NCBI RefSeq assembly: GCF_037042905.1
Contig: NC_087263.1
Location: 12,092,001 to 12,156,000 of the forward strand
From: Lytechinus pictus
Taxonomy: Eukaryota
Direction of reading: 5' to 3'
DNA: 64,000 nucleotides
The number at the start of each line of letters is the position of its first letter. Position 1 is the first letter of the stretch. The translations under genes were made by a program, and so were the position numbers. Shown here in pieces: positions 48,501 to 59,300 of this stretch. The notes beneath the pieces were generated by a model that saw nothing but the letters and a program-made list of their open reading frames with translations, was not told where the DNA came from and ran no database searches.

Positions 48501-50353
48501 AAGGCACTTATCATACCGAGAGATCATCAGGTGGAATTGGACCCAAATCTGAAGGATCTGCAACTGATGCTCAAGGAATAAGGAAGGTGTTTGAAAAGGC
48601 AGAGAGTAAACTTCCTGAGATGGATGGGAAAGTGAATTTAGAGGATTGCTGGCTGTCTGCTAGTTTTCCTCCTCCGTCTTTATCAGGATTCTCCACCTTC
48701 TTACAAGGATGCACCAACAGAGGCACTCCTCGTCCAGGATCCAGTCGACCAAGCTCTGAGGTCAGTATTGGTGAGCTTGACCGATGGTTGTTTCCAGGGG
48801 ACAATGCATCCCCATCGCTCACAGGTGGTCAACCAGTGAAGAAAGTGAGCACCCCTTGGGTGTTGTCACCTACCTCAACATACTCATCCCCTCCAAAACT
48901 GACAACTCAAGCCAGTCCAGCTGGTCATGGTGTTGCTCTGGCTTCCCCAAGGCCATTACTTCCACAGGCAAATCATCTGCACTTGTCGCCGCATCATCCG
49001 CTTGCAGATGCCAGCTCAGGAATGGGCCCTGAGCCGCTTTTCACTAGCACACCAAAGTCGCCAAAGCCTTCTGCTCCCTCAATCAGGTATTTTGGTTCAG
49101 ACGTTTCGAGTAACCAAAGTGTAGCAGGATCTGTTAGTTATTCTGGAGATGATACAATTCCCTACCAAACTATCCACTGTCTTCAAGACCAGGGTGAAGA
49201 TCTCGGCAAATTGAAACCTTTGGAAGGGATTCCGTTGGAGCAACACAGCGCTCATGCAACAAAGTCACAAAACACTTTTCGAAACCAATCTGAAGTTGAA
49301 GTGGAACAAGTTTATCCAAAGGAAAAACCAAGAGATAAACGCAGTCCATCACCAGATCCTCAAGATGAACCTATGCCTGTAAAGCCTTCCAGTAGTTCCC
49401 AGACTTCTACACTGCCTCCATATCTGATGCGTTCAAAAGCCTTAGCAGCAGCTCAAGTGCCAGAAAAAGCCTGTCCGCATTCTGATCCTGTTGTACGTCC
49501 AGTGGACAGCTGTAGTTCCAGTCATGGCTTGGTTAACACAGGACAGGTAAGCCATCCATCAATTGAACGACTTTCTAATCAGCAGAGTGGCCATTTGCGC
49601 AAAGACAGCCCTGTGAATCATTCTGCATCTATTTGCCACATGCCCAGTATGCACCAACTTCAGACTATTTCGTCTAGAAGAGTGATCAAGGCTCTACCAA
49701 AACCACCCTTGTCTCTTCAGAGTCTACCGAGGTCTCCCGACAGTGTCCCCGTTGTCAGGTCAGGACTTGATGCAGGGTCATCGCATCTCAGACGGCCGCC
49801 TCCAGGATACCAGATGCAGCAGAGGGTACCTCAGTCACAGTTCAGATGCACACTCAATGGCACACCTTACACTATACATGTGAGACCCTACAAAGGTAGC
49901 CATGTTTCTTCAAGGACACCAAGTGCAGGTTGCATTCGTTTTCCAGAGAGATATCCTACAACCCAAGTGAACACGAGGGAAAGGTGTCATCAGGAGGCTG
50001 TGCCACTGATGAGAAGTCCTCTAAATGCGCTGTATCCCCTGCAAGCGGCTCCTGGACCTTCTCCAGGATGTACACCAAGGTTCACCACTCAATTTAATCC
50101 CACTCCTGCCACCAAAACTCTACTACCCCTTGGCAGTTGCCCACCAACCAGTCATGTCAGTGGTATGATTGCACAAGAAGCGTGCCGTAGTTCTGTTCCA
50201 GGGGTAACTTGTGCCCCGCCTCTGCATCGCCCTTGGACTGTTACAAACCAGGCTGCGAGAGGTCCATCTGTCAGTACTGCTTCTGTCCCTCATACAGGTC
50301 TGAATGCTGCAGTAGCTTCATCGATTCAGGCTAGTGGTAGTACTCAGATATGA
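32617..50353 (+). CDS. E2F7/8: Atypical E2F transcription factor E2F7/8 (two DBDs), about 1731 aa. Coding exons: 32617-33518, 34253-34332, 35260-35390, 36068-36290, 37101-37168, 37757-37841, 38499-38642, 39009-39068, 39701-39952, 41566-41842, 42385-42669, 43721-43904, 44878-45034, 45823-45866, 48050-50353
   Basis: N-terminal [19 protein letters not shown] motif; DBD1 [14 protein letters not shown]...[34 protein letters not shown]2 [18 protein letters not shown]...[19 protein letters not shown]...[10 protein letters not shown]. All junctions are GT-AG and phase-consistent (5196 nt total). Confidence 0.93.
34253..34332 (+). CDS. E2F7/8: E2F7/8 exon, DBD1 middle (FLTKYPDYP...[10 protein letters not shown])
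   Basis: CTTAG acceptor, A|GTAAGT donor, phase 2-1. Confidence 0.92.
35260..35390 (+). CDS. E2F7/8: E2F7/8 exon, DBD1 RRxYD helix
   Basis: [37 protein letters not shown] acceptor, AAG|GTACTA donor. Confidence 0.95.
36068..36290 (+). CDS. E2F7/8: E2F7/8 exon, inter-DBD linker ([12 protein letters not shown]...EHWED)
   Basis: TTATAG acceptor, G|GTAAGA donor, 223 nt open, phase 0-1. Confidence 0.85.
37101..37168 (+). CDS. E2F7/8: E2F7/8 exon, DBD2 start ([22 protein letters not shown])
   Basis: CCCCAG acceptor, AAG|GTGTGT donor. Confidence 0.92.
37757..37841 (+). CDS. E2F7/8: E2F7/8 exon, DBD2 ([17 protein letters not shown]...AKFK)
   Basis: TATTAG acceptor, A|GTAAGT donor. Confidence 0.92.
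38499..38642 (+). CDS. E2F7/8: E2F7/8 exon, DBD2 RRxYD helix
   Basis: [44 protein letters not shown] acceptor, A|GTAAGT donor. Confidence 0.95.
39009..39068 (+). CDS. E2F7/8: E2F7/8 60-nt exon ([19 protein letters not shown])
   Basis: Poly-T plus TACAG acceptor, G|GTATGT donor, phase 1-1. Confidence 0.75.
39701..39952 (+). CDS. E2F7/8: E2F7/8 exon ([17 protein letters not shown] box)
   Basis: AAACAG acceptor, G|GTGACT donor; RxxSF and SAPxSP resemble E2F7/8 post-DBD motifs. Confidence 0.88.
39987..40820. mobile_element. Foldback (palindromic) derivative of MITE family B
   Basis: Left arm 39987-40373 is the reverse complement of right arm 40434-40820; 44-bp direct duplication in the centre; TTAA at both ends. 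Confidence 0.9.
40961..41172. mobile_element. TIR element with 6-bp TSD CAACTG
   Basis: CAACTG|TAGGGACAGTGATTTTCCGT...ACGGAAAATCACTGTCTCTA|CAACTG. Confidence 0.8.
41251..41459 (-). mobile_element. tRNA-derived SINE copy (3'-truncated)
   Basis: Reverse complement of the head and body of 18379 (GGATTCGAACCC...CCACTAGACCACGACGC). Confidence 0.78.
41566..41842 (+). CDS. E2F7/8: E2F7/8 exon ([16 protein letters not shown]...LVYVQ)
   Basis: CAGCAGAAG tandem acceptor, AG|GTGAGG donor, phase 1-2. Confidence 0.8.
42385..42669 (+). CDS. E2F7/8: E2F7/8 exon ([10 protein letters not shown]...QHSTT)
   Basis: CCCAG acceptor, AA|GTAAGC donor, GC-rich, phase 2-2. Confidence 0.82.
43721..43904 (+). CDS. 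E2F7/8: E2F7/8 exon (SVASPEAAE...RRSKRAVKL...GTTIQ)
   Basis: CAACAG acceptor, CAG|GTAAAA donor, phase 2-0; basic NLS-like clusters. Confidence 0.8.
44391..44793. mobile_element. Possible TTAA-flanked MITE (third Kolobok-like family)
   Basis: TTAAAGGTAAATGCTAG... and ...CTGGAATTTCTCTTTAA form imperfect TIRs; single copy in the window. Confidence 0.45.
44878..45034 (+). CDS. E2F7/8: E2F7/8 exon ([11 protein letters not shown]...GQEET)
   Basis: AATCAG acceptor, G|GTATGA donor; only frame 0 is open. Confidence 0.78.
45316..45663. mobile_element. Harbinger-like MITE
   Basis: TAA|AGGGGCTATCTCACTAAGC...GCTCAGTGAGATATCCCCCCT|TAA. Confidence 0.7.
45823..45866 (+). CDS. E2F7/8: E2F7/8 44-nt small exon ([15 protein letters not shown])
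   Basis: CCAACAG acceptor, CAG|GTACTT donor; its phase 1-0 is required to join 45034 to 48050 in frame. Confidence 0.65.
46942..47121. mobile_element. hAT-type MITE with 8-bp TSD TTGTAACC
   Basis: TTGTAACC|CAGGGGCGGATC...GATTTGCCACTG|TTGTAACC; related decayed copy at about 51227-51460. Confidence 0.8.
48050..50353 (+). CDS. E2F7/8: E2F7/8 large terminal coding exon (767 aa, S/P-rich, probably disordered)
   Basis: TTTGATAG acceptor in frame with ORF 48104-50353; no separate promoter or start is evident; no recognisable domain. Confidence 0.75.
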   Translation, partial: ETPFVRNDTKLRRAALKHVKRRLTIDLDKEPSETAKASTVKGATPKYSSKKMPRCHSLSELDKRKVITSPVNGLIVPYLETNGALHGKERAGSRSSVDEARTGARTPRGHNYSTNSVKMKFGGKFGSLKKNVDDARLDNLRGSKTSENLVKGTYHTERSSGGIGPKSEGSATDAQGIRKVFEKAESKLPEMDGKVNLEDCWLSASFPPPSLSGFSTFLQGCTNRGTPRPGSSRPSSEVSIGELDRWLFPGDNASPSLTGGQPVKKVSTPWVLSPTSTYSSPPKLTTQASPAGHGVALASPRPLLPQANHLHLSPHHPLADASSGMGPEPLFTSTPKSPKPSAPSIRYFGSDVSSNQSVAGSVSYSGDDTIPYQTIHCLQDQGEDLGKLKPLEGIPLEQHSAHATKSQNTFRNQSEVEVEQVYPKEKPRDKRSPSPDPQDEPMPVKPSSSSQTSTLPPYLMRSKALAAAQVPEKACPHSDPVVRPVDSCSSSHGLVNTGQVSHPSIERLSNQQSGHLRKDSPVNHSASICHMPSMHQLQTISSRRVIKALPKPPLSLQSLPRSPDSVPVVRSGLDAGSSHLRRPPPGYQMQQRVPQSQFRCTLNGTPYTIHVRPYKGSHVSSRTPSAGCIRFPERYPTTQVNTRERCHQEAVPLMRSPLNALYPLQAAPGPSPGCTPRFTTQFNPTPATKTLLPLGSCPPTSHVSGMIAQEACRSSVPGVTCAPPLHRPWTVTNQAARGPSVSTASVPHTGLNAAVASSIQASGSTQI

Positions 50354-51693
50354 TATGGTTAATACTGGATATGTTGACTTTTCAGTACTTTAATAATTGG
50401 TCAGGTCAAAGTAATTCTCAATTTAGAGACCCTTTTCATTTAAGAATTCATGATTATCGTAACTTTGCCATCCTATAGAGTTACACGGCTTTCATGATTA
50501 ATGTCCAGATTATTCAATCTTACAATAGTCATTATTCTCTATTCATTTCCATACTTGTTGGAATGTGGATATACTATCCGTCAAAATATTAGATGGTAGC
50601 AAACTGGATGAAAAGTTGCCATGCCATAGCAGAGATTTCTGTGGTCCCAAAATATTTTTCTTGATCAGAGTATATCATTACTAATAAACCATGTAAACAA
50701 ATCTTATCTCAACGCTGTGTAAATATATAAGCAATGGAACATTATATTTCATGTAATATTTGGTTCAATTTGAAACCTCATTTCATGTTACTTCCTTTCA
50801 AAGATTGAAAGAATAATACTATTATATATTTGCCACAAGTGCCTTAATTCATATCCGTTTTCTATGCAAAGAGCAAGCTGTTTTTATATTTCAATCTCTA
50901 CTCAATGATGGAAAGGGTATTACAGGGGGTATAGCATATAGAGATACGCTTCATGTTACGATTGATCATAACTTTTTGTACATGGTTTGCAGTAGACTTA
51001 CAATCAAACTTAATTGTAAAATAGATTGCATGTTTTTACATGTATGTCACAGGGCCCGGAACTGACTGTATGCTTTCAAAGTCATGAATATGGGTTTATA
51101 TTTTTCTGTTGATTTTATATGATTTATTACCTTGAATACAAGGAAAATATCCAGTATTGATTTGATAGCATGTTCATTTGTATATTCCTATTGTTATACA
51201 TGTATTTGTAAGAATGACCCTCCATACAGGGGCAGATGCAAGATTTTCCAAAGGGGGGGGGGGCACATTTTTCCCAGGAAAAATTTGACAAGCAAAAAAA
51301 ATAAATAAAGATGTTTTCAACCAAAAAGTGATGATATTTTGTCCCCGCTAAAATTTGACAAGCCCCCAAAAAAGGGTCTTCGCTTTCAAAGTTTTAATGG
51401 CATTTGTACATTACATATTTTAATTTTGCTTCTCCCCCCCCCCCCCCCCTTGGATCCGCCGAAGTATATTTGCCAAAGTTAGAGTATTATACATGTATAG
51501 ACCTGGGTCTCGTTACACAAAAGTTAGAACTTAATTGTACGCTTGATTTCCATGATAGATCGTACATTGTAGTCAATGCAATCATTCATTAAACATTTGT
51601 CTGCGATCATTGCTAGGCTTTGTGTTGCGGGCTCCAGATTGTACAAAGCATGTTACGTACATCTTCTACATCGATTTTCTCAGAAGTTGAACA

Positions 51694-51936
51694 GGGGCCC
51701 GTCTTACAAATAGTTGCGATTGATCCGATTAATCGTAACTATGGAAAGCCAGCAAAGTCAATATATAAAATACATGCTTGTTAAAAAAAATTCTAGATTT
51801 CTTGACAATTTGGTGTGTTCTCCTTTGTTTAAAAAGGACATTTGCAAATTTCCTGTAGAAAAAATAATGACACTGATGGATTTCCATAGAGTTACGATTG
51901 ATTGGATCGATCGCAACTCTTTGTAAGACGGGGCCC
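51694..51936. mobile_element. Short GGGCCC-ended palindromic MITE (in the probable E2F7/8 3' UTR region)
   Basis: GGGGCCCGTCTTACAAATAGTTGCGAT...ATCGCAACTCTTTGTAAGACGGGGCCC. Confidence 0.75.
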
Positions 51937-52097
51937 TGATTTCCTAGGTTCCATTAGATATGAATCAGGTGAAGTGAACTGTGCTTTAATTCATATCTTG
52001 TAAAATAATGTCACTAATAATATCTTTTAGTTTATGTTGTCCTTCTAATACCATCATTGAACTTGAAGTCACCTACTACCTCTCCGGATCTCCCGCT

Positions 52098-52294
52098 GGG
52101 CAATTCCATAAATTATGTACGTCCGACCCTCTTAATGTGGGACCTTCATGAAATTTTCTGTCTCTGATATTTTGTTCTTATGACAGTGTAATGTTCTTAA
52201 AGGACCATGACTTGGGCAGTTTATGAAGTGAAGTAAAATTTGATAAAAATGGGGGTCAGACGTTAAAAAGGTTGATCATTTTATGGAATTGCCC
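52098..52294. mobile_element. Short MITE
   Basis: TIR GGGCAATTCCATAAA...TTTATGGAATTGCCC. Confidence 0.65.
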
Positions 52295-54404
52295 AGCTGT
52301 AAAATCAAGTAAATCTTGATAATTGAATTTCCTTTTTATTTGTCTTTTTATGATAACTTGATGTTATATTTTATCACAGCATTACTTGTTGAATACATTC
52401 CATGCATATTTATTGATTGTATGAGTAAGACATTAGAACACTGTTATAGAAGCTGCATCGGAATTGACGTCATTCCACACTAAAGCTGCTATAGCCTATA
52501 ATCAAGGCGGAGTCTGCAGTTAGTGTTTTTGTCTGATGTGGCGAAGACTAGCTAATGCTGCTTCCATATTGGATGTTCTGTTATGTAGATGAATATCTTT
52601 TATCAAGTTGAGAAAAAAATCTGATTTTGCTCCTCAAATCGGCAACAATCATTAATTTTCTATTTATATGAATACTTTTCAATATGAATAACTTATAAAT
52701 CAATGATATTAGCCATTGTTTTTTATTTTTAATGGAAAGTTGCCAATTAGCATTTTTAAACAGTGATTTTTGTTGTTTTCATTGTATTGCCAATTTAGAG
52801 TTTTTACTGATTAGCTTCAGTTAAAATCCAATGTTGATTGTTCTGAGAAAATGGTGAAAAGTCCAGAAATTATTTTTGTGAAATTAAGAACAAAATTTAA
52901 GAAATCTGAAGAAAAAAAATTATAGTTATAATGACTTCAATTTTACCACTGTAATATGGCAATTTTTGCTTGATGCTGATGTTTTTAAACTATATCATTT
53001 AAAAAAAATAAAAAATCAGCTTTCTAAATAAATAAAGTAGTTTAGCAAGTAGTCTTCTTATTTCATTCCAACTATCTAGCCATAGTGTACAGTGTACAAC
53101 GTCAGGACAAAAGAGTTTTTGTCATTTCAATTCAATACATCCATGTTCATTTACTAATCTTAACATTTTAAATGCTGAGTTTTTCTATTTTTTTTTTTTT
53201 TTTTTTTTTATGAAAACTGTAGTGCCTCTGATCTTTAAGATTCCATCTAATTTAATCAGACAATACACAATCATGTGTTGATTTCGACAATTTTTTGTAA
53301 ACAGAGACAAGCATTTGTATCTGTAGTTTCCATCTTTCTGATACTATATTTTTCAAGCTGCATTTCATGATTTAAATTTGTTATTTTTACCTTTTTTTAT
53401 ATTCATTGTATCGGTATTATTTTACCAGTTGTAGATATTGAAGTCTGGGAAAAGTAATTTTAATTGTTTACTCTCTCACAGAAGTATTTCTTGATAAATT
53501 AATATATTTCTTTTTTAATGAGCTAGTTTCATCATGTAGTTGATTTTAGTTGGACTTCATCTTCATAGATATATTCATTTGTAAGTATTTAGTTCAGTTA
53601 TATTCTGTTTATATTAAGCATATTCCATCTCTTTTTATTTAGGATAAATAGAAGATACCTGGTGGGCATTTCATAATGATGTTCGTAAGTTAATAAGAAC
53701 TTTAAGAACGACTGGTGAACCTTTCTTGCTAATACCTTGGTCACATTTGATTCAAACCACCTATATGTAGTTGGACAAAAAATGTTAAAACGGCTGTTTT
53801 CGACTCGCCGTACGGCCGCCGTAGAACAAATGTGACCATGGCATAAATAATCACCAATGAACATATAATGGTGAATATCATTTACCACAAGATAGGATCA
53901 GCAGTCGTTCTTAATGTCACTCTTAACTTATGAACAGCCCCCGGGTTGGGGTTTCATAATGCTGTTCGGAAGTTACGAAATCTCTAAAATTTGAATCACA
54001 AAGTCTATTCATGGACTCCATTTTCTAAGTTTTTACTTTAAATTCATTTAACACTTTTTGTGTACATTTCATCATTTTATTATGATAATCTGCTTTTATA
54101 CCAAGCTTAAATAGAGCTCTCTGTATGTAAATTATGTATAATTAACGGCTCTACAAATGTATGTAACTACAATATGTAAAATGTGTACATATGTGGTTAC
54201 ATTTGGACTTCAATTCTGTGCTTCCTTCATGTGAACAATATGTGTAATTCTCTTATGCCTTCCGCATGTTTTGATGTATAAATCTAATTTTCTATGAAGG
54301 GCAAGTACTGTGTTGTAGATATATATATTGTACAGGTGAAATAAAGATGTGTTTTGCCAAGTTACCTAAATCCACTTGAGTTTTTCCCTCATTTGATGTG
54401 GTCA

Positions 54405-54555
54405 AGAGGTGCGATATAGGTCAGTCGGTAGAGCGGGGATTCGGATCTCGGTGACCCGGGTTCTGTTCCCACTTGGTGCGCTAGTGCCCTTTGGTATAAG
54501 GCATTAATCCTCATTACCAGGTCTCAGAGAGGACCTTAAGCCGTCAGTTCTCGTG
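54405..54555 (+). mobile_element. Second tRNA-derived SINE family (also at about 38150-38330)
   Basis: GGTCAGTCGGTAGAGC...GGGTTCTGTTCCC head; the body CTAGTGCCCTT...CCTCATTACCAGGTC is shared with 38150. Confidence 0.65.
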
Positions 54556-54641
54556 CTTCAATCTGTTTTTTTTTTTTTTTTATTAAAAAATCACCACCAC
54601 CAAGATCCTATATCAGAGTTTTCGCTCCATGACACGACAGA

Positions 54642-55063
54642 CAGACCTGCCAGCCAGTACGTTTTTGCAACCAAAATACGACAGTACGTTTTTTCTTTTA
54701 AAAATACGATTTGTAAAAAAATATATATATATATATTTTTTTTTTACAAAATCGTAATTTATTGAGAAGTCTCTATTTCATAAAATTTACACAAATATGG
54801 TTATATGATTAGATCAATGTTATTTCAGGTAACTTTTTTTTTTATTCAATCATTTTGTTTAAACCAGGGTGAGATATACACATGTTTTAATGTTTTTTTT
54901 TTTCATCTGCAAGAGCAGTGCGCATTTTAGCTTGCATGCAGCTTTAGCGCCGCGATGAGTGCTTGCGCCACGCATTTTATTATGAAATACACTTTTTTGG
55001 GGAAAAATTGTTTTTTTTTTATCACAGAATACAATTTTTCATTCCAAGAGGTTGGCAGGTCTG
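54642..55063. mobile_element. TIR element with 6-bp TSD GACAGA
   Basis: GACAGA|CAGACCTGCCAGCC...GGTTGGCAGGTCTG|GACAGA. Confidence 0.78.
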
Positions 55064-55531
55064 GACAGATTCAAGAACACAATGTATTAAAAAATACCCA
55101 TCAAATGACAATGAACAGCTGGGAGGTCTTTGTCTACCTAACTGGTGAACCAGAATAGCAATTACGTCCGAAAGCTTTGTGGCCGATGGAAAATTGCAAG
55201 TATCGTTTGTCCAGAGTCCCAGACGAAATTACTATTTTGATTCACTAATTTTCGACAATGACTCCTTTGGTTGTTCATTGTTATGAAGGGCATTTATCAT
55301 CAATACCAGTTTATGTTCTTGGAGCGAAATGACTCCCTATTTTCAAGGCATTGCTACGGGGGGGGGGGGACAACTGGGACAAAGAGGAAGAAAGGAAAGT
55401 ATTGGTTGTGTTATGCATTAACTATTTTACCCCTATTATTCAATTAGAAAAAATAGGTTATCTCCCCTTCAAATTTAATTAATCCACCTCTAGGTGTCAC
55501 GCACCTAAAACGTTCCCCATAGACTTGTGTG

Positions 55532-56141
55532 TTAAAGGTCAAGTCCATCCCAGAGAAATGTTTACTTGAATAAATAGAGAAAAATAAAATAAGCATAATG
55601 TTGAAAATTTGATCGAAATCGGATGTAAAATAAGAAAGTTATGACATTTTAAAGTTTGGCTTATTTTTCACCAAACAGTTATATGCACAACTTAGTGGCA
55701 TGCAAATCAGTGAGTCGATGAAGTCCATTACTCACTATTTCTTTTGTTTTTTATTGTTTGATGTATACAATATTTTAATTTCAACCAATTTGACATCAAG
55801 GACCAACTTAATTGAACCATAAAAAGTTATAACAATGGTAATGCCACAAGTTCAGGGAGGAATAAAACTTTGTTTCACAGGACAATGAGGACAAAATTAG
55901 AATATTTCATATTTCACATAGTAAAATACAAAAGAAAAAGTGAGTGAGTGATGTCATCAGTCCCCTCATTTGCATACCGACCAGGATGTGCAAATAACTG
56001 TTTTGTGAAATTAAGCGAAACTTTAAAATATCATAACTTTCTTATTTTACATCCGATTTTGATGAAATTTTCAGTGTTATGCTTGTTGGATTTTTCTTTT
56101 TATTCAAATCAACTTTTTGTTGAGGTGGACTTGTCCTTTAA
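55532..56141. mobile_element. MITE family A copy (opposite orientation)
   Basis: TTAAAGGTCAAGTCCATCCC...GGTGGACTTGTCCTTTAA. Confidence 0.8.
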
Positions 56142-56360
56142 AATGGCGCTTTAAAAAAAATCATTAAAAAATTAACACGAAATTAGAGGGTGGAATGTTT
56201 TCTACCATTGGATAGGATTCCATATCTAACCAGAAAGGGTTTCGAAGCCAGCTCATTCTTAAAATAAATCGCCATTTATGAAGATAACTATGATGGGATC
56301 AAATTCATCAACTGAAACAGTAAAATAGCCCTAATTTTTCTGCCAGTCAAAAATTAGTTC

Positions 56361-59300
56361 AAAAATCATTGATATATCTTCCCAATTTGGTCAAAGGAAG
56401 TTCAGTAGTTACCATTTCTAGAATCAGTGTTAGATTTCCATCATATTCATACACTTTTGTCAATCAGCAATATCAAACTGAAAAAAAATTGAATAGTTCT
56501 AAAGTCATTGATATATCTTCCCAATTTGGGCAAAGAAAGTTCAGTAGTTACCATTACTGGAATCTGTGTTAGATTTTCAATCGTATTCATACACTTTTGT
56601 CAATCAGCAATATCAAATTGAAAAAAAATTGAATAGTTCTAAAGTCATTGATATATCTTCCCAATTTGGGCAAAGAAAGTTCAGTAGTTACCATTTCTAG
56701 AATCAGTGTTAGATTTTCAATCGTATTCATACACTTTTGTCAATCAGCAATATCAAATTGAAAAAAAATTGAATAGTTCTAAAGTCATTGATATATCTTC
56801 CCAATTTGGGCAAAGAAAGTTCAGTAGTTACCATTTCTAGAATCAGTGTTAGATTTTCAATCGTATTCATACACTTTTGTCAATCAGCAATATCAAATTG
56901 AAAAAAAATTGAATAGTTCTAAAGTCATTGATATATCTTCCCAATTTGGGCAAAGAAAGTTCAGAAGTTACCATTACTGGAATCTGTGTTAGATTTTCAA
57001 TCGTATTCATACACTTTTGTCAATCAGCAATATCAAATTGAAAAAAAATTGAATAGTTCTAAAGTCATTGATATATCTTCCCAATTTGGGCAAAGAAAGT
57101 TCAGTAGTTACCATTTCTAGAATCAGTGTTAGATTTTCAATCGTATTCATACACTTTTGTCAATCAGCAATATCAAATTGAAAAAAAATTGAATAGTTCT
57201 AAAGTCATTGATATATCTTCCCAATTTGGGCAAAGAAAGTTCAGTAGTTACCATTTCTAGAATCAGTGTTAGATTTTCAATCGTATTCATACACTTTTGT
57301 CAATCAGCAATATCAAATTGAAAAAAAATTGAATAGTTCTAAAGTCATTGATATATCTTCCCAATTTGGGCAAAGAAAGTTCAGTAGTTACCATTACTGG
57401 AATCTGTGTTAGATTCTCAATCGTATTCATACACTTTTGTCAATCAGCAATATCAAATTGAAAAAAAATTGAATAGTTCTAAAGTCATTGATATATCTTC
57501 CCAATTTGGGCAAAGAAAGTTCAGTAGTTACCATTACTGAAATCTGTGTTAGATTTTCAATCGTATTCATACACTTTTGTCAATCAGCAATATCAAATTG
57601 AAAAAAAATTGAATAGTTCTAAAGTCATTGATATATCTTCCCAATTTGGGCAAAGAAAGTTCAGTAGTTACCATTTCTAGAATCAGTGTTAGATTTTCAA
57701 TCGTATTCATACACTTTTGTCAATCAGCAATATCAAATTGAAAAAAAATTGAATAGTTCTAAAGTCATTGATATATCTTCCCAATTTGGGCAAAGAAAGT
57801 TCAGTAGTTACCATTACTGGAATCTGTGTTAGATTTTCAATCATATTCATACACTTTTGTCAATCAGCAATATCAAATCGAAAAAAAAATTGGATAGTTC
57901 TAAAGTCATTGATATATCTTCATAATTTGGGCAAAGAAAGTTCAGTAGTTACCATTACTGGAATCTGTGTTAGATTTTCAATCATATTCATACACTTTTG
58001 TCAATCAGCAATATCAAATCGAAAAAAAAATTGGATAGTTCTAAAGTCATTGATATATCTTCATAATTTGGGCAAAGAAAGTTCAGTAGTTACCATTTCT
58101 AGAATCAGTGTTAGATTTTCAATCGTATTCATACACTTTTGTCAATCAGCAATATCAAATTGAAAAAAAATTGAATAGTTCTAAAGTCATTGATATATCT
58201 TCCCAATTTGGGCAAAGAAAGTTCAGTAGTTACCATTACTGGAATCTGTGTTAGATTTTCAATCATATTCATACACTTTTGTCAATCAGCAATATCAAAT
58301 CGAAAAAAAAATTGGATAGTTCTAAAGTCATTGATATATCTTCATAATTTGGGCAAAGAAAGTTCAGTAGTTACCATTACTGGAATCTGTGTTAGATTTT
58401 CAATCATATTCATACACTTTTGTCAATCAGCAATATCAAATTGAAGAAGAAAAAAAATGAATATAGTTCCAAAGTCATTGATATATCTTCCCAATTTGGG
58501 CAAAGGAAGTTCAGAATTTACCATTTCTAGAATCAGTGTTAGATTTTCAGTTATATTCATACACTTTTGTCAGTCAGCAATATCAAATTGAAAAAAAATT
58601 GAATAGTTCTAAAGTCATTGATATATCTTCCCAATTTGGGCAAAGAAAGTTCAGTAGTTACCATTTCTAGAATCAGTGTTAGATTTTCAATCGTATTCAT
58701 ACACTTTTGTCAATCAGCAATATCAAATTGAAAAAAAATTGAATAGTTCTAAAGTCATTGATATATCTTCCCAATTTGGGCAAAGAAAGTTCAGTAGTTA
58801 CCATTTCTAGAATCAGTGTTAGATTTTCAATCGTATTCATACACTTTTGTCAATCAGCAATATCAAATTGAAAAAAAATTGAATAGTTCTAAAGTCATTG
58901 ATATATCTTCCCAATTTGGGCAAAGAAAGTTCAGTAGTTACCATTACTGGAATCTGTGTTAGATTCTCAATCGTATTCATACACTTTTGTCAATCAGCAA
59001 TATCAAATTGAAAAAAAATTGAATAGTTCTAAAGTCATTGATATATCTTCCCAATTTGGGCAAAGAAAGTTCAGTAGTTACCATTACTGAAATCTGTGTT
59101 AGATTTTCAATCGTATTCATACACTTTTGTCAATCAGCAATATCAAATTGAAAAAAAATTGAATAGTTCTAAAGTCATTGATATATCTTCCCAATTTGGG
59201 CAAAGAAAGTTCAGTAGTTACCATTACTGGAATCTGTGTTAGATTTTCAATCATATTCATACACTTTTGTCAATCAGCAATATCAAATCGAAAAAAAAAT

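Noticed and set aside
48104..50353. 749-aa ORF as an independent intronless gene or retroelement ORF
   Set aside because: It starts at GTG, is open back to an acceptor at 48049, lacks RT/gag/transposase motifs, and joins E2F7/8 in frame via the 44-nt exon.
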